This document shows positions 39,847 to 49,859 of a stretch of 64,000 nucleotides of DNA, piece after piece. The DNA is taken from IMG/VR virus record IMGVR_UViG_3300025162_000048; one strand, written 5' to 3'. Made by a program: the position numbers and the translations under genes. The notes under the pieces are model-generated. The model saw only the letters and a program-made list of their open reading frames with translations. It had not been told where the DNA came from and ran no database searches. The stretch's first letter is position 1, and each line of letters starts with the position of its first letter. Origin of the DNA: an uncultured virus (IMG/VR IMGVR_UViG_3300025162_000048) (lineage: Duplodnaviria > Heunggongvirae > Uroviricota > Caudoviricetes).

Positions 39847-40587
39847 CTATTTAGATATTATTTCTTCTTTGAGTTTACCACGCTGACAAAAATCATTTAG
39901 ATCATAAGATATCTCATACATTACTTCTTTTGGATTAATGGTCTTTTTTAAAGAAACATGTGTCTGGAAATAATCAGATTTTCCTTCAAATCCAGTAGCC
40001 CATTCTGTCGGTCGTGTCTGGATTCGTGACGTATCAGCAGGATTCATCATTATTTTTAGTTGTTGTTCAGTAGGGAGAATCCCATACCCTAAAAAAAAGC
40101 CACCTTCAGCATAATAAACAAACTTTGCTTCCTCCTCGTTGTATTCCGAAATAAAAAACACATTATTATTTTCATCAAAAACAGGCTTCCCATAAGCACT
40201 TCCACATTGATCTTTGTAATATTTAGCTAATTTCTCTTCATCGTATTCCATTTTTAAAGTGAGCATTGCAGATTTATGAACCAATGCATCGGTAAAAACT
40301 CTGATAACCGACTTGTCCATTCCATCAATAAATTTCTGATGCAAAATCTCAGCCTCATTGAGAATATGACCTGAGCAAGACCCTAATGGCCATCGCGCTG
40401 TGAATTTGAATTCTCTGATCTGCTTACCGTTTTCACAAAATTGATTGAAAACAGCTTTTGCATACGGCAATGGAGAATCCACTGCGGCATCTATTTCATC
40501 TTGAGTTAAGGACAAACCGACCATATTACTGCTGGCACAACTTATCAAAAAGAGTGAAAAAACTATTACTATACTTTTCATGTCCAT
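39847..40587 (-). CDS. lipoprotein inserted in baseplate module
   Basis: MDMKSIVIVFSLFLISC lipobox; AGGAGG RBS at about 40591-40596 (start 40587 or 40581). Confidence 0.65.
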   Translation of the reverse strand: MDMKSIVIVFSLFLISCASSNMVGLSLTQDEIDAAVDSPLPYAKAVFNQFCENGKQIREFKFTARWPLGSCSGHILNEAEILHQKFIDGMDKSVIRVFTDALVHKSAMLTLKMEYDEEKLAKYYKDQCGSAYGKPVFDENNNVFFISEYNEEEAKFVYYAEGGFFLGYGILPTEQQLKIMMNPADTSRIQTRPTEWATGFEGKSDYFQTHVSLKKTINPKEVMYEISYDLNDFCQRGKLKEEIISK

Positions 40588-40684
40588 TCTCCTCCTTGGC
40601 TTACTATTCTTATCGAACAGAGAAGAAAAAACTTGAGAGCCAATTGTCAAAAGGAAATTTTTTATCTATAACGGTTGTGATGTT

Positions 40685-41191
40685 ATGGCGACACTCAAAA
40701 AGAAAGGATTCTTTATGGATATGAATGATTTTATAAAAGCCCGCATACGATTTACTGAGGCAAAAACGACCTTTGTAAAAGCCACTACAGAATTTGAAGA
40801 AGCGAAGACTGAATACAGCACAATCCTTAATTCAATCAATAACATAATCGAAACAGAAAAGGATACATTAGGTTTAACTCCCATCGGGACACAAAGAACT
40901 TTACTCCCTGCACCTGTTAAATCTCCTCTTCTTTCCTCTCCTGTCATCATTGAATCAGTCGTTGCTAAAACGTCTGTAACCCAAATATCCTCTGTTAACC
41001 CAAATGTCTTAAACGCTGAGGAAAGAACTTTTTGGGATAAAAAAATCAAACCGGCAATTAAGGATGTAAATAAAGTTTGTATAGAATCTGGCATTAATAG
41101 AGTTACTGCACTCAACTGGTTCAATAATCATAATTACCCGTCAAAAAAGAATTTCGAAAAATTAATGGTCTGGTTTAAATCGAATGTCTGA
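40685..41191 (+). CDS. coiled-coil protein with C-terminal Cro/XRE-like HTH
   Basis: VCIESGINRVTALNWFNNHNYPSKKNFEKL. Confidence 0.5.
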   Translation: MATLKKKGFFMDMNDFIKARIRFTEAKTTFVKATTEFEEAKTEYSTILNSINNIIETEKDTLGLTPIGTQRTLLPAPVKSPLLSSPVIIESVVAKTSVTQISSVNPNVLNAEERTFWDKKIKPAIKDVNKVCIESGINRVTALNWFNNHNYPSKKNFEKLMVWFKSNV

Positions 41192-41194
41192 TTT

Positions 41195-41671
41195 CTATTC
41201 TATTTTTACCCCTAGACTTGCACTATAATTTGGCAACTGAGGAATTATGAACTTTGGAATATCAAAGCTTGGAATTTTAAAATCCAGCTTTGGGACAGAA
41301 ATCGGAGGAATAACTGGCAAGGAAAAGCTTGGAAGAGAAGGCAAACTGGGCAATTTAATATTCAAACTGGGTAATGTTGGAAGCTTTGGTAATTCAGGCA
41401 AGGACGGCAGCTTAAAATCCAATTTTGGGATAGAAATGGGCGGAATAACTGGCAAAGAAAAGCTTGGAAGAGAAGGCAAACTGGGCAATTTAATATTCAA
41501 AGTGGGTAATGTTGGAAGCTTTGGTAATTCAGGCAAGGACGGCAGCTTTGGAAATTTTGGCAAGGAAATTGGAGGAATTACAATAAGTTCAGGCAGTTTT
41601 ATTCTCGCAATTTCTTTTTCTTTTGTCTCTTTTGGATTGGTATATTTCGCAGTAACCACTAATTCTGGCAT
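41195..41671 (-). CDS. Pro/Leu-rich repeat protein
   Basis: Starts 4 nt after spike gene; two 45-aa repeats (41273-41407, 41408-41542). Confidence 0.65.
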   Translation of the reverse strand: MPELVVTAKYTNPKETKEKEIARIKLPELIVIPPISLPKFPKLPSLPELPKLPTLPTLNIKLPSLPSLPSFSLPVIPPISIPKLDFKLPSLPELPKLPTLPSLNIKLPSLPSLPSFSLPVIPPISVPKLDFKIPSFDIPKFIIPQLPNYSASLGVKIE

Positions 41672-41674
41672 GGA

Positions 41675-43330
41675 TCAAGGGCCTCCTTTTCTCACTTTAA
41701 CTGCTGAACTTAAAATATCTAATGGTGTTTTTGTGTACATAGCTGTAGGCAAAATAGGAGATCCAGAAGGTCCCGCGCCAGTAGGATGCGTATGAGCATC
41801 TAACCATGTCTGTAAATTCTCTCCTAAGACTGCACTCATAGTAGCCTTGTCTCCAACATTAATATTTCCAGCACTGATATTTACTGAAGGTGCACTTAGG
41901 TTTAATGTATCTCCAGAAGCAATAGTGACTTCACCATCTTTAATGGTAATGATTTCTTTACCGCTTTTTCCAGCACAGGTGATTGTTTCTCCAATTGCCA
42001 ATAATGTGCCTTTTTTGGACATAATATTTATATTAGAAGACGCTGAGTCCATAGAAATCATTGACCCATCTTTGGATAGAATCATCACATTTCCGTCTTT
42101 ATCTATATTAAATAAAGCACCGGTCTTATGGACTAGAAAGATATTGTCATCATCCATTGTGAAAGAATTACCTGTGGATAGATTAATACTGGCACTATGT
42201 TTATCACCAGATTTTCCAGTACCACCTTCCACTTGTTCTGCGGTTCCAATATCAACAGTCCATGATGTTCCAGCTTTGATAGCATCTTTATCGACAATAT
42301 TTGCGGTTCGAGTGTTTCCGACGTTTCTATACTCATCGCCTTTCACTGCATACCATTCATTTGCCGAGACTGTATTGTGTTTATTGCCTGTAATTGATGC
42401 GACAAAATCGTTTTGACAAGTGAGTTCCACATCGCCGGAAGAAACAAGAAATATTTTCTTATTAGCCTTATCTATTTGAATTGTGTCTGCGCCATTAGAA
42501 AGAGTAATTGTTTTTGAATCACGATCTAAAAAAACAGTCTGGCCTTCAGTGTCCACAACATACCACTGCCCTAACTGAAGATAGCCTGTCTCGACCGTAT
42601 ATTTAGGATCAGGATATTTTAAATTGTCATTTTGTGTCGGAACCGGGAGTGAAGGACCGTTTGGCAATAATGGGGGCATATTGGGCAATAAAGCCGGTGA
42701 GGGTAATGGAGCTAAGGACTCTCGCTCTGGTAACTCTACGGGTTCACTATCTGTAATTTCGTTTGGCTCGGTTTGTTCTTTAGTTATATCGTCTACTTCA
42801 CTTGGTGCTCCTCTGGTTAGGATTTTCATTTGGCCAAGATCGTCTATGACAACTTCCATTCCTTTATAAGATAGCTTTGCCTGTGTATCCCATCTGGTCT
42901 GGTCTGGAATGTCCAAAACTCTCTTTGGGTGAGGTAAATAACCCACAATACAAGGCTTGCGAATATCACCGCCAATGAAAGCAATAATAACTCTATTACC
43001 AAGTGAGGAACCTGCTTTATCACCATCACGAATTTCTTGAGGAAATTTAAATATTCCACTTGGGTCACTACTGGCACGCAAGCGACACTGAAAAAAATCT
43101 CCTATTCCACCAAACAGACATGCCTGAGTGACATTACTGAAAGGAATGCGACTTCCATTTGGCATATCGACCAAGACGGTATAACCAATAGCTCTATCCG
43201 TTCCTGCATCATCATCAGGATTTTGAGGAACATCTTTAACTGGAACTAACTCTCCATCTTCTGATCCAATATCAATGATTTCACCTATGAGTAAAAACGG
43301 CATCTGATAATGGGCGCTTTGTTGCATCAT
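41675..43330 (-). CDS. baseplate spike (gp5/gpV-like)
   Basis: OB-fold-like RVIIAFIGGDIRKPCIVG, beta-helix repeats, C-terminal HTHPTGAGPSG metal-binding tip motif. Confidence 0.8.
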   Translation of the reverse strand: MMQQSAHYQMPFLLIGEIIDIGSEDGELVPVKDVPQNPDDDAGTDRAIGYTVLVDMPNGSRIPFSNVTQACLFGGIGDFFQCRLRASSDPSGIFKFPQEIRDGDKAGSSLGNRVIIAFIGGDIRKPCIVGYLPHPKRVLDIPDQTRWDTQAKLSYKGMEVVIDDLGQMKILTRGAPSEVDDITKEQTEPNEITDSEPVELPERESLAPLPSPALLPNMPPLLPNGPSLPVPTQNDNLKYPDPKYTVETGYLQLGQWYVVDTEGQTVFLDRDSKTITLSNGADTIQIDKANKKIFLVSSGDVELTCQNDFVASITGNKHNTVSANEWYAVKGDEYRNVGNTRTANIVDKDAIKAGTSWTVDIGTAEQVEGGTGKSGDKHSASINLSTGNSFTMDDDNIFLVHKTGALFNIDKDGNVMILSKDGSMISMDSASSNINIMSKKGTLLAIGETITCAGKSGKEIITIKDGEVTIASGDTLNLSAPSVNISAGNINVGDKATMSAVLGENLQTWLDAHTHPTGAGPSGSPILPTAMYTKTPLDILSSAVKVRKGGP

Positions 43331-45154
43331 CTAAGCAATTCCTCTACTTGTCATAATTGCACTATAACTTTTATTATTATTGTCTTTCCTAGTTGTTTCG
43401 CTTTCCTTTTTTTCAATATCCTTAAAAATATTGATACCTGAAACAATACTTTCTGCTTGTACTTTTGAGTCAAAAATATCACGCAATAAGCCTTCCGGTA
43501 TATAGGTTAAATTCTTTCCTTCAAACGCAGGATCTTCCATCACCAGTCGTTCAAGATTTAAAACTGTTGTCGTTCTGTGCGTTCCTTCGCTATTTCTTGA
43601 ATAGGTAATAGAGTAATTGGTAAGATGCCCAACATAATAATGTCCTCCAAAACTGAAGCGAACATTAAACCCCACTGTCAGACAAATATTGGTATCTCTA
43701 ATTATAAGCTGACAAGATGGCATTCTGTATAACATTCCATGCCAATATACATTCAATAATGCCAAGTCTTTATACCAGTCAGGAAGGAAACCAGAATTAA
43801 CGTTTATATATGGAGTCTGAACATATAAAGTCTGGCCACCATATCTCAACATCTCTGCTGGAAGTCGTAACGTTCCTTTAACATCAGCTTCAACTTTTAA
43901 TAATGGATTTGTCAATGCACCGTCTGGAACATATTGAGTCCTTATATAATTTGGACTAGAGGATATGGTCACATCAAAGTCAACACGTTCTATTGTTTCT
44001 GCTGGAATATCAATTCTGGGTAAATTATCATAGTAAGACCAATTGGAACCTTTTGCACCAATCTTTTCAGTTTCTGCTTCATTACAGTGTCTCATCAAAA
44101 AAGGCTTGTCTCTAAAGACCAAAAGAGGACGGGTTTGTATCTTGTTTCCTTCTTGATAAAAAACTAAATCAGTGAATATTTCATTTACAAAAGTGTCACA
44201 GCTTTGTTGAATTATGTCCCAACAAGACTGACCAGTAACAAATACTGGAAGGATATTTGAATAGAGAGGACGTTTAGTAGCGATTTCAAAAGTGTCATAA
44301 AAAGACTGTTTATCATCAAAAACTCCAATTGCAGAATCAAAGCCATCAGAAGCATCCTTTGTGTTTACTCCAAACTGCTGAATAACGAAATCTCCAGCAA
44401 ATGGCTTATTAACATCAGCTTCTGGAACACCTAAATCCAATAATAAATTCTTTGGAACTTTTGGCATCAATAAAGCAATGTCAGGTAATTTAAAATCCTC
44501 TAATTTAACTTTGGCAAAATTATCAGCATAAGTATCGCCCTTCTGAATATCTTCAAGTCCTTTTTTGGATAATGCACCAATCCACTTTAATGCCGTTGCT
44601 GCAAATTGAAAGGGATCTAAAATCGTTGCAGACATATCAGCAGTTAATTCTTTGAAGTCTGTCTTGGCTAATGTTGTCGCCTCACCAAGAAATCTTAGAT
44701 AATTATCAGTGATTAAATTCAATTGCGCATAACTGTCATACCGAATCGGAGTAGATAAAATGAAAGACCATTCCCGAACATTAATGGAAGTGTATTGAGT
44801 TAATCCACCGGCTTGAGTAACTGAATAACTAGGTTTCATACTAAAGATTTGACCAAAAAACCTAACAACTCCGTCTTTTGGTGATTGGACTCCATTATAA
44901 CTTCTAATTAAAACCCAATTTCCTGGAAAAACCTCTTTTGGCAATTTACCAAAGAAATTAATATTGGTTGTTCCGTAAGGATTATCTTTAGACCGATGAA
45001 TTTGAATCGATAATATTCCAGACATGATTGAAACTTTAGGCAGTTCTTTAAACAGAGAATTAATATCATGAGGAGGAAAATTAACTTCCCAAGGATATAC
45101 ATCCATAAAAAATCTTACATTTTCTGTCGCAGTAGGGAATGAAGATAATGCCAT
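43331..45154 (-). CDS. baseplate hub protein (gp27/gpD-like)
   Basis: Between tape measure and spike; VFPGNWVLI...RFFGQI, LVFRDKPF. Confidence 0.65.
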   Translation of the reverse strand: MALSSFPTATENVRFFMDVYPWEVNFPPHDINSLFKELPKVSIMSGILSIQIHRSKDNPYGTTNINFFGKLPKEVFPGNWVLIRSYNGVQSPKDGVVRFFGQIFSMKPSYSVTQAGGLTQYTSINVREWSFILSTPIRYDSYAQLNLITDNYLRFLGEATTLAKTDFKELTADMSATILDPFQFAATALKWIGALSKKGLEDIQKGDTYADNFAKVKLEDFKLPDIALLMPKVPKNLLLDLGVPEADVNKPFAGDFVIQQFGVNTKDASDGFDSAIGVFDDKQSFYDTFEIATKRPLYSNILPVFVTGQSCWDIIQQSCDTFVNEIFTDLVFYQEGNKIQTRPLLVFRDKPFLMRHCNEAETEKIGAKGSNWSYYDNLPRIDIPAETIERVDFDVTISSSPNYIRTQYVPDGALTNPLLKVEADVKGTLRLPAEMLRYGGQTLYVQTPYINVNSGFLPDWYKDLALLNVYWHGMLYRMPSCQLIIRDTNICLTVGFNVRFSFGGHYYVGHLTNYSITYSRNSEGTHRTTTVLNLERLVMEDPAFEGKNLTYIPEGLLRDIFDSKVQAESIVSGINIFKDIEKKESETTRKDNNNKSYSAIMTSRGIA

Positions 45155-45157
45155 AAA

Positions 45158-48100
45158 TTAGTGTTTTCCTTCATAGGTAGGCGGTCTGAGTTGGTCTTTT
45201 ATACTCATTTTTTGTGCGATTAAATCCGCTAATGTTTCCATTGTATTTTGATTTATCTGAGAAATAATGACTTGTTTAGGGGGCTCAGAAGCATCTGTCA
45301 TCTTCATTTGCTGTTTTGCTGCTAATTCCCCTGTCGTTACATTCTTTGTTTGCTTTTGAAGTTCTTCATATTGGACTTGTTGTTCTTTGGTTAGTTTTCC
45401 GGCTTGCGCTGCTTTTTCTAGATCAGCAATATCCTTGCCACTGAATTCTTTCCCACCCAATGTCGTCGTAATATTTCCAGCAGTTAATATTTTTCCATAT
45501 TGTTCTGTCGTTAATTTACGCCCATGAATAGCTTGACCAAATTCAGTCATTGCCGTTTCAAATCCAGCTTTTTCTTTTTGTTCTGTTGTTATTTCCTGGT
45601 GACGTGCATTTAAAGCTTTTATTTCTTTATCAGTTGCTCCTGCTTTTACTAATTCTTGCGAGACATAAGTGTTTGCAGCATCACCCATATTAGATGCAGC
45701 AGCTCGCGCATAAAGCTGATCTGCCAGTTCTTGGCGAGCTTTTTTTGCATCAACATTTTTTCCACTAGCACCTAATTTCTTAATGTTTTCTATTTTATCT
45801 TCAAGTCTCTGTCCTGGCTCAGCATAAAGATCATAAATTTGGGACATTAATTTCTGGGAAAGCCCTTCGACATTACCTATTCCTTTAGCGAGACTAGCCG
45901 CATCATTTTCTCTGACCAACGCACGTAATTCTTGATTTTGAATTTTATCAGGATCTTTTTTTAGTTGTTCAATCTTTTCAGCTAAAGTTCCTTTTCCTGG
46001 AGCGAGCTGATTAATTTGCTGTTCAAGATCACGAGCCTGAATAGAATTCTTATTAAAAAGAATTTCCGCACCATGACCGGGCCGCATACCAGAACTTAAA
46101 ATTCCAGAAAGACGAAGTGCTGCCATCGGTCCTTCTTTTTGTCCTGTAATTTCAGCCATCTTTTGAATTCCAGCAGCGGATTCCCTCACATTCCGTTCAT
46201 TAATAACTCCAGCACCGGCAAGCCTTGCTCCTTCTAATAATTGAGAAGTAACGCCGCCAGTCGAACGTAAATCTAAATTGCCAGAAATATTGGTAACTAA
46301 ATTAACTAAGTTCTGGCTTAATCGACTTCCTTCAAATCCGGCTTTAACACCTTTGGCTAAAATTGTTTCAAGAGCTTGTTCATTTTGTTGGGTAGTTCCG
46401 CCACGAAGTTGTTGAAGTGTGGTTACGTTCCCTGCTAATTGTTCAAAAGATCCGACACCAGACTGGGAAAGTCTATTCATTTTCATAAAAGTCTGGTCTG
46501 GACCGAAATTTCTTTCTGGCCCTTGCACTCCTGGAGGTAAGTTTTCTGCACCACGGCCAACAACATCTTCAGTTCTTTTCATCTGTCGAACACCAAGAAT
46601 GTTTTGATATGCATAAGCTCGCTGTGCTACTTCTGCCGTTCCTAAACCTAAATTGGCAAACGGCATATTCACAAAATTGCCAGCTTCATTTTTCTCCATA
46701 AGTCTGCTTAAAACATTATCTTGTGTTTTGGTAAATGCGGCACGAGACTGATCGGCGGCATTCTGTTGAGCTAGACTTTCAGCAGCTTTTTTTGCGGTTT
46801 CTGATGTCTTTAACTCATTAGCTTTACTTTCAATAAAAGCTTGAGTGGCCGCAACAGGTGAAACTGTATCACTTAATCCTGTTTTTGCTGCCATTAAATT
46901 TGTAGGCTGTGCTTTTAGTAAGAATTTATTAAGTTGTGTTGGGTCTTTTACATAACTTTCCACTGCATAATCAAGTCCTGGCTTAGATATTTCATTGATC
47001 ATCATAGGATTTTTTTTCATCAAATCATAAATGTCATTTCGTCTTTTCAGGTTTTCTTGAATTTGGTTTCTGGTTTTTTGAATATCTGCATCATTTTCCT
47101 GTAATGATCTGGCAGCATCATTTTGTGGAAATAAAGTTGGAACAGGTAAGGCTCGGTTTTGATCTTCTTTTAATTTTGTTCTGGCAGTTATGATATCCGC
47201 ATTTAAAGAAGATTGAGTTTTTTCTTGTTTTACTAAATCTTCACCAGGAATGGTTTTAAAAGCACCTTCCCCTAATTGTTGTTCTAAAAGTCTTTTATCA
47301 GTATTTATATTTTGAAAATCTCTAGCAATATTTTTGATTTTATCTGGAGAAAGTCCTTCTAGTATTCCTGTCTTTGGCAAGCGACTTTGTTCTCTTAAAA
47401 GTGCTTCCAATCTGGCTTGATCATTCTTTATTGTTTGTTCTTTTTCAATCGCTTTTTCTTTATATATCTGCTGCTGATCTGCATCATTTTCCTGTAATGA
47501 TCTGGCAGCATCATTTTGTGGAAATAAAGTTGGAACAGGCAAGGCTCGGTTTTGATCTTCTTTTAATTTTGTTCTGGCAGTTATGATATCCGCATTTAAA
47601 GAAGATTGAGTTTTTTCTTGTTTTACTAAATCTTCACCAGGAATGGTTTTAAAAGCACCTTCCCCTAATTGTTGTTCTAAAAGTCTTTTATCAGTATTTA
47701 TATTTTGAAAATCTCTAGCAATATTTTTGATTTTATCTGGAGAAAGTCCTTCTAGTATTCCTGTCTTTGGCAAGCGACTTTGTTCTCTTAAAAGTGCTTC
47801 CAATCTGGCTTGATCATTCTTTATTGTTTGTTCTTTTTCAATCGCTTTTTCTTTATATATCTGCTGCTGATCTGCAACATTTATATCAACTTTTTCTTTT
47901 TCTTGAAAAACATTTCTACGATTTAAAGTTTGTTCGTCTAAAGTCCTTCTGAGATCCGTAAGGGTATTCCGAGGAGGCTGATTAAAACGAACCCCAGCAT
48001 CTTCTGCGACTTTTGTTGCCCGATCAAAGGACTGCTTATAAGCCGTTTCACTCACATTGAAGGCTGAATCTAATTTAAACCGAATGTCTCTATCCACTGC

Positions 48101-49726
48101 TGGGATAGGTATGCCTGCGAAGTTTCCCAGTGCACCAGCTTGAGCAAATCGCATCTGCCTTAAGTCTTGGACCCGCTGTAAAGATTGTTCGAGTAAAGGA
48201 AATTGGTTTATCTCGTTTTCCTGGCGACTACGGGCTCTATCCATAACTTCATTAGCTTGCCCTACCGCAAATTTCTGTCTCGTCCTTTCGGCAATATCTG
48301 CACTTTCATTCGTTCCGAAAACCGCATTTGCCATCTGTCCGACTAAAGTGTTGGCTCGTCCGCCTGTCATTTCCAGAGCAGGATGTGTCGCATAAGTCGA
48401 AGACAGCCCCTCAAAAGACTTAATAGCGTCATAAGCCATATACCCACCAGCAATGGCACCAATAGCATTACCGAATCCAGGAATGGCTGTCCCAACGGCA
48501 CTTCCGGCAATTGCTCCCGCTATCATTTTTTTTGCTGCAACTGACCCTAATAACTCAGCACCAGCAGATAACCCGCCAGTTGTCATTTCAGTCTTTAAGC
48601 CGGTTTCTTTTAATTGTTGTTCCCGTGCTAATTCTTCAAAAGATTGCTGTTTCGCTCTTTGGAATCCTTCTTGTCCTGCAAATTGTAACATTCCAGGCGC
48701 AAGAATATTACCGCCATATTTCATTAAATTACGCGCATTATATAAATCAAATTGACCTGCAAATTGGGAATACGTTTTCTGAGCCAATGCGCCTTGACCT
48801 GCTAGGATTTCCCTTTGTGCGGTTATGTCCTGTGCTTCCATGCCTTGATAAATATTGAATCCAGTCCGGCCTAAATTTGCTGTGTTTTGCAGAATTCCAG
48901 CAGCGATAGCAGCCCGATTAGACCAATTTCCAACATTTTGTTTTTGTCGTAACCCTTGATAATAGTCTCGATCTAAATCATAATTCCTCTGTTGTTCATC
49001 AGTCGGTATTGCTTTTGAAATAGGCGGTGGTTCTGGTATTCCCCCGGCTCCTGTTGTCCCGCCTTGAGCTTGTGTGGAAGGCGTAGAAATAGGACGAAAG
49101 GTAGTTACTTGCTCCAATAATTTTCGATTACGTTCTGTCTCAATAAGGATTCGACCTAAAGAATTGGCCATTGTTGCCAAATGACCTGACGTTTCTAAAA
49201 CAGAAATAGGTGAAGTCTGATCCGTCCCTGTTTTAAATGAGGGAGGAATAGGAGGCAAAGGAGGAGTGAGATTGACAGCCTCTCTACGATTAACTGGCAA
49301 TTCTTTTCCAGTCGCACCATCAATAAGTGACGTGGCTAAGTTAGGATGCTGTTGTTGATGTTGTGTCTTCGCCAAGTCTCGCCAATCAGGTGTTTCAACA
49401 ATTTTATATGTTGGCATTTCTACTGGTTTTGGCGTTACGGTCTGTGTAGGAGTTACTGGTTTTGATACTGGTGAAAATTGCTGTGGCTGAAGGATAGATT
49501 GATTGATATTTTGAGAGGAAAACTGGCCTCCACCTGCTTGCATTTGTTGGTTTAGAGAGTTCAGTCCACCAGGGAGTGTACTAATAATTCCAGAAAGTCC
49601 TTCTAGCTGTCTTATTAAATCAACGACCTTCCCTTTAAATAAGTCCGTACTTGCTCCAACGGTATCTAATTCTTTGGAAAGGTCCTTGAACACGCCAATG
49701 TTCATGCTTACGCCTGGTGTTGCCAT
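45158..49726 (-). CDS. tape measure protein
   Basis: 1522 aa, helical Q/A/G-rich with GAIAGSAVGTAIPGFGNAIGAIAGG segment, directly upstream of hub. Confidence 0.7.
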   Translation of the reverse strand: MATPGVSMNIGVFKDLSKELDTVGASTDLFKGKVVDLIRQLEGLSGIISTLPGGLNSLNQQMQAGGGQFSSQNINQSILQPQQFSPVSKPVTPTQTVTPKPVEMPTYKIVETPDWRDLAKTQHQQQHPNLATSLIDGATGKELPVNRREAVNLTPPLPPIPPSFKTGTDQTSPISVLETSGHLATMANSLGRILIETERNRKLLEQVTTFRPISTPSTQAQGGTTGAGGIPEPPPISKAIPTDEQQRNYDLDRDYYQGLRQKQNVGNWSNRAAIAAGILQNTANLGRTGFNIYQGMEAQDITAQREILAGQGALAQKTYSQFAGQFDLYNARNLMKYGGNILAPGMLQFAGQEGFQRAKQQSFEELAREQQLKETGLKTEMTTGGLSAGAELLGSVAAKKMIAGAIAGSAVGTAIPGFGNAIGAIAGGYMAYDAIKSFEGLSSTYATHPALEMTGGRANTLVGQMANAVFGTNESADIAERTRQKFAVGQANEVMDRARSRQENEINQFPLLEQSLQRVQDLRQMRFAQAGALGNFAGIPIPAVDRDIRFKLDSAFNVSETAYKQSFDRATKVAEDAGVRFNQPPRNTLTDLRRTLDEQTLNRRNVFQEKEKVDINVADQQQIYKEKAIEKEQTIKNDQARLEALLREQSRLPKTGILEGLSPDKIKNIARDFQNINTDKRLLEQQLGEGAFKTIPGEDLVKQEKTQSSLNADIITARTKLKEDQNRALPVPTLFPQNDAARSLQENDADQQQIYKEKAIEKEQTIKNDQARLEALLREQSRLPKTGILEGLSPDKIKNIARDFQNINTDKRLLEQQLGEGAFKTIPGEDLVKQEKTQSSLNADIITARTKLKEDQNRALPVPTLFPQNDAARSLQENDADIQKTRNQIQENLKRRNDIYDLMKKNPMMINEISKPGLDYAVESYVKDPTQLNKFLLKAQPTNLMAAKTGLSDTVSPVAATQAFIESKANELKTSETAKKAAESLAQQNAADQSRAAFTKTQDNVLSRLMEKNEAGNFVNMPFANLGLGTAEVAQRAYAYQNILGVRQMKRTEDVVGRGAENLPPGVQGPERNFGPDQTFMKMNRLSQSGVGSFEQLAGNVTTLQQLRGGTTQQNEQALETILAKGVKAGFEGSRLSQNLVNLVTNISGNLDLRSTGGVTSQLLEGARLAGAGVINERNVRESAAGIQKMAEITGQKEGPMAALRLSGILSSGMRPGHGAEILFNKNSIQARDLEQQINQLAPGKGTLAEKIEQLKKDPDKIQNQELRALVRENDAASLAKGIGNVEGLSQKLMSQIYDLYAEPGQRLEDKIENIKKLGASGKNVDAKKARQELADQLYARAAASNMGDAANTYVSQELVKAGATDKEIKALNARHQEITTEQKEKAGFETAMTEFGQAIHGRKLTTEQYGKILTAGNITTTLGGKEFSGKDIADLEKAAQAGKLTKEQQVQYEELQKQTKNVTTGELAAKQQMKMTDASEPPKQVIISQINQNTMETLADLIAQKMSIKDQLRPPTYEGKH
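47084..47876. repeat. 393-bp in-frame tandem duplication
   Basis: 47084-47476 = 47477-47869 except T47147/C47540; ATCTGCA at 47084, 47477 and 47870. Confidence 0.95.
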
Positions 49727-49790
49727 TTTGAATTCCTCGTAAATATATCAGATACTAACATTTTACCGTTTAATGTGCGATCCCAAGTCG

Positions 49791-49819
49791 TTGACTATCC
49801 AAGAGCATTGGCTTATTAT
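49791..49819 (+). promoter_or_regulatory. sigma-70-type promoter
   Basis: TTGACT-N17-TATTAT upstream of the plus-strand operon. Confidence 0.6.
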
Positions 49820-49859
49820 TAATTACAACAATAATTTCAAGACTAAGGAGAATATTTGA

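Noticed and set aside
40666..42416. Long antisense ORFs 40666..41124, 41247..41795, 41847..42416 and similar shadows across the virion module
   Set aside because: Reverse-frame shadows of better-supported genes
26268..45154. Bacterial tailocin/eCIS or T6SS locus
   Set aside because: Linked terminase, portal and head morphogenesis genes indicate a DNA-packaging phage
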